Positions 1-9,219 of a stretch of DNA of 59,928 bases are shown piece by piece (the stretch's first letter is position 1; each line of letters starts with the position of its first letter). A model generated the notes under the pieces. It had not been told where the DNA came from. It ran no database searches and saw nothing but the letters and a program-made list of their open reading frames with translations. A program made the position numbers and the translations under genes. This DNA comes from Chloroflexota bacterium (lineage in GTDB: Bacteria > Chloroflexota > Limnocylindria > Limnocylindrales > CSP1-4), in assembly GCA_003171065.1 (NCBI GenBank), contig PMXQ01000047.1:3587-63514 (forward strand), given 5' to 3'.

Positions 1-1211
1 GGCGGCGCGGCATTCGGCGCGGCTGTAGCCGGAACAGGCAGAGCCGCGGCGGCGCCGGCTCGTGCGGCCAGCATCGCCCGTTCTCGGGCCACAGGCAGAA
101 CGGCAACGGCGATCGTCACAACGCCAAGCGCGCCCAGGCACGCGGAGACGAAGTACAGCCCGCGAATCGTCAGCAAGCCCGCCAGCTGACCCCCGACGCC
201 CGAGCCGAGGATCGCGGCCAGGCTGGCCGTCACCCCGCTCAGAAGTCCCTGGGCCGTGGCCGCGGTCCCTTTTGGCGCCTGGAGCGAGACGAATGTCACT
301 CCTCCAATCAGGATCAGGGCGTAGCCCGCGCCCTGGATCAGCGAGCAGGCAAGGAGCAGGGCCGGAGCCGTGAAGACCACATTGGCGACCTGGCGCAAGA
401 AGGTGATGGCGGCCCCGATGACGATCAAACGCTCGACCCCGACGCGTCTCGCCAGCCACGGGAAGAGGAACATCGTCGGGACCTCCAGTGTCGCGGCGAT
501 GGCCCATGTCCAGCCCACCACGCTGCCCGGCGCACCGAGGCTCCCGAGATAGATCGAGAAGAACGACGTCTGCGCGGAGATGGCCGTCCAGGCCACCAGC
601 GAGCCGACGAGGAAGAGGGCGATCGGACGATGGCGCAGGACGGTGCCGGGGGCTTTGCGGAGGCTGGACGGGCGCACGGAATCGTGGCGCGGAGGGAGCG
701 CGATTGCGGAGGCGCCGACCAGGGCCAGAGCCGGGACCATCACCCAGAACAGAGCGCCCATGCCGCCACGGTCGACCAGCAGACCGACGATCGGCGCGAA
801 GACGATGAAGCTGGCCGATCCGCACGCTCGAATCCAGCCATAGCGGGTCCGGTCCGCGCCGACCATCGACAGAACGCGGACGTCCATCATCGGGCCCATG
901 CCGGCCATTCCCACGGCCCACGTCCCCGCCGCGACGACGATCAGCGGGGTGGCTCCTGCCGTGGCCAGGCCCACGGCCCCAACCGTGGCGATCATGGCGG
1001 CGAAGGGGATCAGCAGCCGTGAGGCAGGAACATGGTCGTGGATCGCGCCCCAGATCGGTGCCGCGCCCACGACCACGGCCGAGGTGAAGGCCGCCAGCAG
1101 ACCAATGGCGGGCAGTGGGAGGCCGAGGCTCTGGTAGTACTGCTGGAGGAACGGCGAATACGCGCCGACGGCGGCGAACAGGATTACGTAGGCCGTCGCC
1201 GCGCGAAACAC
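1..1211 (-). CDS. MFS transporter (3' end runs off window)
   Basis: Read manually; absent from the ORF track because there is no stop in the window. GTG at 1211 follows GGAGG; MFRAATAYVILFAAVGAYSPFLQQYYQSLG...EVPTMFLFPWLARRVGVERLIVIG; multiple TM helices. Confidence 0.8.
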   Translation of the reverse strand, partial: MFRAATAYVILFAAVGAYSPFLQQYYQSLGLPLPAIGLLAAFTSAVVVGAAPIWGAIHDHVPASRLLIPFAAMIATVGAVGLATAGATPLIVVAAGTWAVGMAGMGPMMDVRVLSMVGADRTRYGWIRACGSASFIVFAPIVGLLVDRGGMGALFWVMVPALALVGASAIALPPRHDSVRPSSLRKAPGTVLRHRPIALFLVGSLVAWTAISAQTSFFSIYLGSLGAPGSVVGWTWAIAATLEVPTMFLFPWLARRVGVERLIVIGAAITFLRQVANVVFTAPALLLACSLIQGAGYALILIGGVTFVSLQAPKGTAATAQGLLSGVTASLAAILGSGVGGQLAGLLTIRGLYFVSACLGALGVVTIAVAVLPVARERAMLAARAGAAAALPVPATAAPNAAP

Positions 1212-1372
1212 CCGGTCAGGTCCTCCATACCGTCGATCGTGGCAGTCCCACTCCGGGCCAGTCTGCCACTCGCGGCCCGGCGGCGCAGATGGCCACACGG
1301 CCGGGGGCGGCCATTGGCGGCGCGGGACGCCGGCGAGCCTGTGGATATCCGGGCCGCGGACACCCGATCGGT

Positions 1373-2149
1373 CTAGCCCCAGGGCGCCTCGCCCGGGCAT
1401 CGGAGATGGCCGACGTCGTTGGCGAGGATCAGCTGAGCGCCGTCGGGCGGATCGCCCCGCTCGTAGCGCAAGACCGTGAGATTGACCCGATCTTGAAGGA
1501 AGCGGCGACGGTAGTCACGGACGGGGATGCCCAGCGCCACGCACAAGAGGATGCGGTCGAAGGTCCCGTGGGCGACTACGAGGGCGCGGCGCTCACCCTC
1601 AGCCTCGGCCTGGGCTTCGGACACGATCGCCCGCGAGCCGCCCGGATCGGGCGAATGCCGGCCGTCTCGTGTGCCGGGCGTGCCGGGCGTGGGCGTGTTG
1701 GCCGTGGGCGCGCCAGCCGTGCCGTTCGACGCCGACTCTTCGGCCTCGATCAGGTCCACCAGGAAGTTGAGCGCCCGGGCCGCCACGTCATCCCCCGATT
1801 CGCCGCCGGGGGAATGCGTAGCCGCCGGATCGTGCTCCCAGCGAGCCCTCAGCTCCGGGTCCTGGGCGTCGATCTCAGCGTAGGTCAGGCCCTCCCAGCG
1901 CCCGTAGTCGAGCTCGCGCAGCCGCTCGTCCACCTCGACCGGCCGTCCGGCGGCGATCGTCTGGGCCGTCTCGAGCGCCCGCAGCATGGGGCTCGAAACG
2001 ATACGGTCGATCCGAACGCCCGAGAGCCGGCGGGCCAGCGCCTCGGCCTCCTCGCGCCCGCGGGGGAGGAGTGGCACGTCGAGCTGCCCGCCGAGCATGA
2101 CGTCGCCCTCCGCAGCCTGGCCGTGACGGGTGAGAAGCAAAGTCAGCAT
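1373..2149 (-). CDS. Histidine phosphatase (phosphoglycerate mutase family)
   Basis: RHG, SSPMLRA.ETA, E.DYG.WEG, GGES and VAHG motifs; low-complexity internal insertion. Confidence 0.9.
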   Translation of the reverse strand: MLTLLLTRHGQAAEGDVMLGGQLDVPLLPRGREEAEALARRLSGVRIDRIVSSPMLRALETAQTIAAGRPVEVDERLRELDYGRWEGLTYAEIDAQDPELRARWEHDPAATHSPGGESGDDVAARALNFLVDLIEAEESASNGTAGAPTANTPTPGTPGTRDGRHSPDPGGSRAIVSEAQAEAEGERRALVVAHGTFDRILLCVALGIPVRDYRRRFLQDRVNLTVLRYERGDPPDGAQLILANDVGHLRCPGEAPWG

Positions 2150-2501
2150 GGTGGAAGTCTACGGTGGAGCCGGCGGTGCGGTGTGCGCAGGATTCCCGCC
2201 CTATGAACGCTATGCAGAGCACGGCCGTCCGATCCCGGGTGGACTGGCCCGACGCGCCACACTCGCCAGCCCGGGAGGTACCTCCTGCGCTCCGAATCGC
2301 CACCTTTCGGCGGGCAGACTGGGCCCGACGCGCTGCCGCCGGCCGCTCCGGGCGGGTGGTCTCTGAACAACGCCCGTCATGTGAGAATCTTGCAGAAATG
2401 GGCCGCCCGCCGCAGCGCCCCGCGCCGCGCTCGCGCCGGCGCCCGACCGTCGCCGGCGCGCCTCTGGGCCCCCGCGCCGCTCGGCCCGCCCCGCGCCGCG
2501 C

Positions 2502-4226
2502 CTAAAACAGCCCGACGATGTTGCCTTCGGCGTCGATGTCGATCGATTCGCCGGCGGGGTGCGAGGGCAGCCCCGGCATCGTGCGCATCTCGCCCAGGAG
2601 CGGCGTGACGAAGCCCGCCCCGGCCGAGAGACGAACCTCGCGGATGGGGACGCGGAAGCCGGCCGGTCGACCCTTGAGCGAGGGGTCGTGGCTCAGCGAG
2701 AGGTGCGTCTTGGCCATGCAGACCGGCAGGTTGCCGAAGCCGAGGTCCTCGTACAGCTTCAGCGCCCTGGTGGCGGCCGGCAGCTCGTCGACGCCGCGTG
2801 CGCCGTAGATCCGGACCGCCACCGTCTCGATCTTCTCGCGCAGGGGGATGTCGTCCGGGTAGAGCAGCCGGAACTCCGGCGCTCCTTCTTCCGCCGCCGA
2901 CCAGACGGCCCGGGCCAGGTCCTCCGCCCCGGCCCCGCCCTCCTCGAAGTGACGGCTCACAACCACGTCGCGCGCGCCGGCGGCCATCGCCACTTCCCGG
3001 ATCGCGGCGACTTCCGCCTCCGTGTCGCCGGGGAAGTGGTTGATCGCCACGACCACCGGCACGTTGAACACGCGGACGTTCTCGATCTGGGCGGCCAGGT
3101 TGGCCGAGCCCTTGCGGACTGCCTCGACGTTCTCCCGCTCGAGGGCCGGGTCCAGCGGCCTGCCGGCCACGATCCGCCCGACGCCGCCGTGCATCTTGAG
3201 AGCGCGGACCGTGGCCACCATGACGGCAGCGTCGGGTCGCAGCCCGCTCTGGCGGCACTTGATGTCGAAGAACTTCTCGGCGCCCATGTCCGCCCCGAAG
3301 CCGGCCTCGGTGCAGGCAATCTCGCACGTCGCCAGCGCCAGGCGATCGGCCAGGACGCTGTTGTTGCCGTGGGCGATGTTGGCGAACGGGCCGCAATGGA
3401 CGAAGGCCGGACCGCCTTCGAGCGTCTGGAGCAGGTTCGGCTTGATCGCGTCGAGCAGGAGGACCGTCATCGAGCCGGCGCACTTGAGGTCTTCGGCGGT
3501 GATCCGTCGGCCGTCGAAGCTGGTCGCGACGACCATCCGCCCGAGCCGGCGGCGCAGGTCCTGCAGGTCCGATGCGAGCGCGAGGACCGCCATGACTTCG
3601 CTGGCGACGGTGATCTGCCATTCGGTCTCGCGCGGGTAGCCGTTCTCGCGGCCGCCCAGGCCGATGATCGCCTTTCGAACAGCGCGGTCGGAGATGTCGA
3701 CGACACGCGGCCAGAGCACGCCCAGCGGGTCGATGCCGAGCGGGTTGTTGTGCGTAAGCGAGTTGTCGACGAACGCGGCGAGCAGGTTGTGCGCCGCACC
3801 CACGGCGTGGTTGTCGCCGGTGAGGTGGAGGTTGAAGTCCTCCATCGGGATCACCTGGCTGTAACCGCCGCCGGCCGCGCCGCCCTTGATCCCGAAGACG
3901 GGCCCGAGTGAAGGCTGGCGGATGCAGACAGCCGCGCGACGGCCGATCCGGTTGAGCCCCTGTACCAGCCCGATGTTGGTGGTCGTCTTGCCCTCGCCGA
4001 GCGGCGTCGGTGTGATCGCCGTGACGACGACGTATTTGCCGTGCTTGCCCTTCGCTGCCGCCTCCGCTTCCAGGCGAGTGATGCCGGCCAGGCTGATCTT
4101 GGCCTTGTACGGCCCGTAGAGCTCGACCTCGTCGTCGTGGAGGCCCAGCTCGCGGGCGAGCTCCATGATCGGCCGCGGGGTCACCGACCGGGCGATCTCG
4201 AGGCTGTTGGGCATGGGGCCGCTCAT
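2502..4226 (-). CDS. fhs: Formate--tetrahydrofolate ligase
   Basis: TPTPLGEGKTT, GIKGGAAGGGYSQV, GPFANIAHG, TEAGFGADMGAEKF and TMPGLP motifs. Confidence 0.97.
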   Translation of the reverse strand: MSGPMPNSLEIARSVTPRPIMELARELGLHDDEVELYGPYKAKISLAGITRLEAEAAAKGKHGKYVVVTAITPTPLGEGKTTTNIGLVQGLNRIGRRAAVCIRQPSLGPVFGIKGGAAGGGYSQVIPMEDFNLHLTGDNHAVGAAHNLLAAFVDNSLTHNNPLGIDPLGVLWPRVVDISDRAVRKAIIGLGGRENGYPRETEWQITVASEVMAVLALASDLQDLRRRLGRMVVATSFDGRRITAEDLKCAGSMTVLLLDAIKPNLLQTLEGGPAFVHCGPFANIAHGNNSVLADRLALATCEIACTEAGFGADMGAEKFFDIKCRQSGLRPDAAVMVATVRALKMHGGVGRIVAGRPLDPALERENVEAVRKGSANLAAQIENVRVFNVPVVVAINHFPGDTEAEVAAIREVAMAAGARDVVVSRHFEEGGAGAEDLARAVWSAAEEGAPEFRLLYPDDIPLREKIETVAVRIYGARGVDELPAATRALKLYEDLGFGNLPVCMAKTHLSLSHDPSLKGRPAGFRVPIREVRLSAGAGFVTPLLGEMRTMPGLPSHPAGESIDIDAEGNIVGLF

Positions 4227-5221
4227 CGGGCTGCGTCTCCCGTCGTCGCAGCGCCCCGCTCCGCCTGATCCGTCGCCGCCCGCAAGAGATGCGTCAGGAG
4301 CAGCGCGTTGGTGAGCGGCCCAACGCCGCCGGGCACGGGCGTGATCGCCGAGACGACGCCCTGCGCGGATTCGAAGTCCACGTCGCCGACGAGGCGCTCC
4401 GCGCCGTGGCCGTCCGGCACGACGTTGATGCCCACGTCCACCACTACTACTCCCGGCGAGAGCATCTCGCCGGTGACCAGGCCCGGCTTGCCGGCCGCCA
4501 CGATCAGGATCTCCGCGTCGCGGGTGTAGTGGCCCAGGTCGCGCGTCTTCGAGTGGAGGATGCTGATCGTGCCGTGCTCGCGCAGAAGCAGCAGCGCCGC
4601 AGGCTTGCCGACGACGTTCGACCGCCCGACAACGACCACGCGCTTCCCGGCGATCTCGATGCCGGACCGCTTCAGGATCTCGACCGAGGCCTGGGCCGTT
4701 GCAGGCAGGAAGCCGTCGTAGCCGAGCGAGAGCAGGCCGGCGTTGCGGGGATGAATGCCGTCGATGTCCTTGGCCGGGTCGATCGAATCGATGACGGTCC
4801 GCAGCGGAACGTGGGCCGGGAGCGGCATCTGGACGATGATCCCGGCCACAGCCGGGTCGGCGTTCAGGCTCTCGATCTCGTTGCAGAGCGCATCGGCGGT
4901 CACGTCCGAGCCGATCTCCACCAGTCGTCCCTGGACGCCCACCTTTTCGCAGGTCCGAAGGATCTGCCCGAGGTACACGGCTGAAGGCGCGTCCGCGCCG
5001 ACGAGGACGATCGCGAGTGTGGGCACGTAGCCCCAGCGCTCCTTAAACGCGGCGAAGTCGGCGGTCAGGCCGGCGCGAATCTCAGCCGCGATGGGGCCGC
5101 CGGCCAGCAAGCGCGGGCCCGCCGTCGCGGCGGTCGCGGTCTCGGCCACAGGCGCAGGGGTGGTTGGCACCGTCGCGGCGAGTCCGGTCGTGACGATCGT
5201 CCCGTCGCGGCGGTCGCTCAC
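4223..5221 (-). CDS. folD: Methylene-THF dehydrogenase/cyclohydrolase
   Basis: KDIDG, GRSNVVGKP, DVGIN, GDVDF and TPVPGGVGP motifs; start uncertain. Confidence 0.95.
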   Translation of the reverse strand: MSDRRDGTIVTTGLAATVPTTPAPVAETATAATAGPRLLAGGPIAAEIRAGLTADFAAFKERWGYVPTLAIVLVGADAPSAVYLGQILRTCEKVGVQGRLVEIGSDVTADALCNEIESLNADPAVAGIIVQMPLPAHVPLRTVIDSIDPAKDIDGIHPRNAGLLSLGYDGFLPATAQASVEILKRSGIEIAGKRVVVVGRSNVVGKPAALLLLREHGTISILHSKTRDLGHYTRDAEILIVAAGKPGLVTGEMLSPGVVVVDVGINVVPDGHGAERLVGDVDFESAQGVVSAITPVPGGVGPLTNALLLTHLLRAATDQAERGAATTGDAAR

Positions 5222-5886
5222 TCGTCCTCCGGGTCCCTGGCCCCTTCGGACAGGACGATCTCGCGGATCCGCGACGCCAGCGCCGAAATGTCATGCAGCG
5301 TTTCGTCGAGCTGGCAGCTCATCATCTCGGAATACTCTTCATCGCCGGTCGAGGGCAGGTTGATGCGCACGTTCTCCGCTGCTCCCCTTGCGCCCGCTTC
5401 GGCGAGCAGCGCCGCCACCAGCACGTCGCTGGAGGCGTTGACGTTGCTCCGCCCGGCGAGCGCCTCGACGACCTCCGCCAGCCGCCGGCACGCGCGAACG
5501 CAATCCCACGGCGCGTCCGACGCCACCCGCGCCGCCGCACGAATTGTCGCTTGCCGCGCCTCGATCTGCTGATCCGTGTCCCGCGGCAGCTTGAGTGCCG
5601 CGGCATACACGGCGTACGCGTCCGCGTCTCGATCGGAGATTGCCAGCAACTCAGCCGCGAGTTCCTTGCCCGCGGCGTCGGCTCGAGCAAGCGTGGCCTC
5701 GTAGGCCGAGTACTTGGGCCGGCCGGCAGAGAGACCCGCAACCATCGATACAAGCGCCGCACCCAGCGCCGCCGCCAGGGCGGAAGCCGCTCCTCCTCCA
5801 GGAACGGGTTCGGCCGAGGAAAGGCTCTCTACGAACTGGCCGACGGTCAGATCTGCGAACGAGACGGACTTCCGCTTCTTCTCCAT
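5218..5886 (-). CDS. Cyclodeaminase/methenyl-THF cyclohydrolase family protein (FTCD_C, FchA-like)
   Basis: PVPGGGAASA, D.DA.AY, N.NA.SD and NVRINL motifs; overlaps the folD start. Confidence 0.88.
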   Translation of the reverse strand: MEKKRKSVSFADLTVGQFVESLSSAEPVPGGGAASALAAALGAALVSMVAGLSAGRPKYSAYEATLARADAAGKELAAELLAISDRDADAYAVYAAALKLPRDTDQQIEARQATIRAAARVASDAPWDCVRACRRLAEVVEALAGRSNVNASSDVLVAALLAEAGARGAAENVRINLPSTGDEEYSEMMSCQLDETLHDISALASRIREIVLSEGARDPEDE

Positions 5887-5974
5887 ACCGCGATTGTAGG
5901 GAACAAACCACCATTCCCGTTAGTCGCTCGCAGATTCCGCCGGTGGGCGGCGGCAGATTCGGCCGGGCGAGCCC

Positions 5975-6244
5975 TCACGCCAGGCCCACCTCGTCGTCGA
6001 CCCCATTAACCGTCCAACGGTGCGACCGATGCGTGTAGCAGAGCGCCAGCTTGACTCCCGGCGTTTCGACCTCGAAGAACGTGCGGGGGCCGATGGCGGC
6101 TCGAAAGGCCGAAGTCTCACTGCGCACCGCAGTCAGGCGCGTCACCGGCAGGCGAACGTCGCCCCAGGTGATCTCGCGCGGGCTGCCATCCAGCCAGCCA
6201 GCTCGGACACGGACACTGACGGGTTCCATGCGGACGATGGCCAT
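5975..6244 (-). CDS. Small SOS-regulated protein (DUF6504/ImuB-C-like)
   Basis: 89 aa with P..I.W...FEVET...L.Y....W pattern; SD GAGGAG; two LexA boxes upstream. Confidence 0.65.
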   Translation of the reverse strand: MAIVRMEPVSVRVRAGWLDGSPREITWGDVRLPVTRLTAVRSETSAFRAAIGPRTFFEVETPGVKLALCYTHRSHRWTVNGVDDEVGLA

Positions 6245-6300
6245 CGCGGACTCCTCTTCGCATTGGCGGGCCGTCGTTCGCTCGGGGGCACTTGAGCAGA

Positions 6301-6314
6301 AGAACGGACGTTCT
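6301..6314 (-). promoter_or_regulatory. LexA (SOS) box AGAAC-GGAC-GTTCT
   Basis: GAAC-N4-GTTC palindrome just downstream of the predicted -10. Confidence 0.85.
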
Positions 6315-6325
6315 ATTACACTGGC

Positions 6326-6354
6326 AGCCTAGTCGAACAGGCGTTCGATGTCAA
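6326..6354 (-). promoter_or_regulatory. Sigma70 promoter TTGACA-17-TAGGCT with LexA box TCGAAC-AGGC-GTTCGA (6333-6348) in the spacer
   Basis: Consensus -35, 17-bp spacer and a perfect SOS palindrome. Confidence 0.88.
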
Positions 6355-6940
6355 GTCCGGGCGCTCAGCGCCTTCATTGACGCCGCAATCGTGCCGGTTG
6401 CGTGTGACAGCTACAGTGTCACTGGAAAGCGGACGCCCGTTCGATTACGGTCGCGGGCCTCGATCGAGCCCTGGATTCGCAGCCAGCGGCCGGACCGGCC
6501 TCGGTTCTTGCCGGCACACACCAGGGAGACATTCGGCAGTCTCGGCCCCGCCTTCGGCACCTGCCGCCCCCGGAAACAAGTCCCTGGAAGCGTCCCCAGA
6601 GCGTGGGCGGCCCCAGAAGGGCACTCGAGGGCGCGATCACCCTCCCAACCACCCCAGAGCGGGCCCTCCACCCACGGATCCCTTGCCCGATGTCGGTGTG
6701 GTGTGAAGTAGGAAGCTTCGGCGGCGAGCGACCGGCGCCGCCTGGCCTTGCTGACCACCCAACAGCCGACGAACCGACATGGCGGTCGCCTCCAGCTGGC
6801 CGGGTTCGACCGGCACGACGATGTCGAGCACCCAGCCACCGCTGGTCAGTGCACGGAGAGTGGCCGATCGCGCCCGAGGGCCGCTGAATCGGCCCCAGCC
6901 AGACCCGGTCGGATGATCGACCGGTTCAGGCCCTCGCAAC

Positions 6941-7040
6941 CCGCGGCCCACTCGATCCCGCGGCCCACTCGATCCCGCGGCCCACTCGATCCCGCGGCCT
7001 ATTCGATCCCGCGGCACACTCGCCCGCGGCCTATTCGATC
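6941..7040. repeat. About 6 copies of a 17-bp tandem repeat CCGCGGCCCACTCGATC
   Basis: Three exact copies then degenerate ones; the last overlaps the dinB stop. Confidence 0.9.
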
Positions 7041-8278
7041 TCGTCCTCGATCCTGGGGATGCCGACGCGGCCCTCGACGGCGGAGGCCGGATCGCGCTCG
7101 AAGGGAGAGGGCATCGGGCGATGGAGCAGGCTCGCGCGGGTGACGGCCCGGTCACCGAAGCGGCGGCGGACCGCATCCGTCGCGTCCACCACGCGCCGCT
7201 GCTTCTCGTCCACGATCTCGAACATGCTGGTCTGCTCGGGCTGGCCGAACCCGGTCGCGGCCACGCCGAGCAGCCGGATCTTCTTGCCTCGAACCTCCGG
7301 CCGGGTCAGCTCCAGCGCCGCCCGCCAGATCGTGTCCGTCAGATCGCTCGGCTCCGGCAGCGCTTTCTGCCGCGTGATCGTTCGGAACTGGGAGTCTCGA
7401 ATCTTCACCGCCACGGTGCCAGCGCGAATCCCCGCCGCCCGAAGTCGGGCCGACACGCCTTCGGTCAATGCCAGCAGCGTCCGTTCGATTTCGGCCGCAT
7501 CGGTCACGTCGACCGCGAACGTCGTCTCATGGCTGACCGACTTCGCCCCCTCGCCCCCGCCCACGACCGGGACCGGATCGATGCCGAGCGCCCGCTCATG
7601 AAGTGTGGCGCCGTGGTCGCCGAGGGCGCGCGCGAGCGTCTCAACCGGCAGCGAGGCCAGCTCGCCGATCGTTCGAATGCCCAGGCCGTGCAGTCGATCG
7701 GCCGTCTTGGGCCCGATTCCCCACAGCCTCCGGATCTCGAGCGGGGCCAGGAAGGCGGCCTCTTCGCCGGGTTGGACCACGACCAGCCCGTCGGGCTTGC
7801 GGAGGTCGCTCCCCACCTTGGCCACGAGTTTGGTCGTCGCCACGCCGACCGAAACGGTGAGGCCGGTGGCCACAACAACGTCCGCCTTGATGCGCCGGGC
7901 GATCTCCGGCGCGGGCCCGAAGAGCCCTTCCGAACCGGCGACGTCCAGGAAAGCCTCGTCGATCGAGACCTGTTCGACCACCGGCGTGAAGCGGCGCAGC
8001 ACCGTCATGACCTCACGGCTGACGCGCTGGTACTTGGCGCCATCGACCGGCAGGAAGATGCCGTCGGGGCAGAGCGAGAGCGCCGTCCGCAGCGGCATCG
8101 CCGAATGCACGCCGAACTTGCGCGCCTCGTAGCTGCAGGTGCTGACGACGCCTCGGGACCGCGGGTCTCCGCCCACGATGACGGGCTTGCCGCGCAGCTC
8201 CGGCCGGTCGCGCTGTTCCACCGCCGCGAAGAACGCGTCGAGGTCCACGTGGATGATGGTGAGGCGGCCGGCGGTCAT
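7031..8278 (-). CDS. dinB: DNA polymerase IV
   Basis: HVDLDAFFAAVEQ, SYEARKFGV, SIDEAFLD, KPDG and WGIG motifs; start placed at ATG 8278. Confidence 0.95.
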   Translation of the reverse strand: MTAGRLTIIHVDLDAFFAAVEQRDRPELRGKPVIVGGDPRSRGVVSTCSYEARKFGVHSAMPLRTALSLCPDGIFLPVDGAKYQRVSREVMTVLRRFTPVVEQVSIDEAFLDVAGSEGLFGPAPEIARRIKADVVVATGLTVSVGVATTKLVAKVGSDLRKPDGLVVVQPGEEAAFLAPLEIRRLWGIGPKTADRLHGLGIRTIGELASLPVETLARALGDHGATLHERALGIDPVPVVGGGEGAKSVSHETTFAVDVTDAAEIERTLLALTEGVSARLRAAGIRAGTVAVKIRDSQFRTITRQKALPEPSDLTDTIWRAALELTRPEVRGKKIRLLGVAATGFGQPEQTSMFEIVDEKQRRVVDATDAVRRRFGDRAVTRASLLHRPMPSPFERDPASAVEGRVGIPRIEDEIE

Positions 8279-8324
8279 AGCCAAATCATGGCGCGGGGCC
8301 ATTGCCGGCGCCTACCATTTCGAC

Positions 8325-9206
8325 ATGCGCTACGCCATCGACATTCCCAACTTCGGCGATTTCGCCGACCCACGACTGACTGCCGAGATCGCCCGCGACG
8401 CCGAGGCCGCGGGCTGGAATGCGGTGTGGGTCTGGGATCACGTTCAGCGAGACGCCGGCGTGCCGTATGCGGATCCATGGGTTCTGCTGACGGTCATCGC
8501 CCTGGCCACCGAGCGCGTCCGGCTGGGTCCCATGGTCACGCCGCTGCCGCGTCGCCGGCCGTGGCTGGTCGCGCGCGAGGCGGTCACGCTCGACGTCCTC
8601 TCCGGCGGGCGGTTCACGCTTGGGCTTGGAAACGGCAACCCCATCCGCGAGTTCACCGCCTTCGGCGAAGAGGCTGACCTGCGCATTCGAGCGGCCAAGC
8701 TCGACGAAGGGCTCGCGATCATCGAAGGGCTCTTCAGCGGCAAACCGTTCAGCTTCGCGGGCGAGCATTTCACGCTGGGCGATGTGGAGTTCCTGCCCAC
8801 GCCACTGCAGAAGCCGCGAATGCCGATCTGGCTGGCGACCACCTGGCCTATTCGCGCTCCGATTCGTCGAGCCGCACGCTTCGACGGCACGTGGCCGTTG
8901 CGTCGCGCCCCCGACGGCACGAGTCGGCCCATGTCCCCCGACGACGTTCGCGGCGTGTGCGAGATGATCGCCGAGGAACGCGCCGCGGCCGGCCTGCCAC
9001 CGGGCATCGGCGAAGGCCCGAACGCGCGCCTGTACGACGTTCTCGTGGCCGGCGTGACTCCCGCCGATGACCCGGCCCGGGCCGGGGAGATCGCCGCCGA
9101 GTTCGCCGCGGCCGGGGCCACCTGGTGGACGGAACGAATCAACTCATCACGCGGCTCGCTCGCGGAGATGCGGCGCCGCGTCGAAGCCGGACCGCCGAGG
9201 TTCTAG
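8325..9206 (+). CDS. LLM-class flavin-dependent oxidoreductase
   Basis: AEAAGW..VWVWDH, DPWV.L..IA.AT.RVRLG and SGGRF.LGLG motifs; leaderless ATG at 8325. Confidence 0.9.
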   Translation: MRYAIDIPNFGDFADPRLTAEIARDAEAAGWNAVWVWDHVQRDAGVPYADPWVLLTVIALATERVRLGPMVTPLPRRRPWLVAREAVTLDVLSGGRFTLGLGNGNPIREFTAFGEEADLRIRAAKLDEGLAIIEGLFSGKPFSFAGEHFTLGDVEFLPTPLQKPRMPIWLATTWPIRAPIRRAARFDGTWPLRRAPDGTSRPMSPDDVRGVCEMIAEERAAAGLPPGIGEGPNARLYDVLVAGVTPADDPARAGEIAAEFAAAGATWWTERINSSRGSLAEMRRRVEAGPPRF

Positions 9207-9219
9207 CGCCGGGCCCGGG

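Noticed and set aside
5887-5974. ZTP or THF riboswitch before the folate operon
   Set aside because: The first gene appears leaderless and no consensus is present.
6550-6695. c-di-GMP-I riboswitch resemblance on the minus strand
   Set aside because: GGCAA...GGGACGC...TGCCGA is present, but the GCAAAG core and the GNRA-capped stem are missing.
6941-7040. 17-bp repeats as CRISPR
   Set aside because: Head-to-tail with no spacers, and too short.
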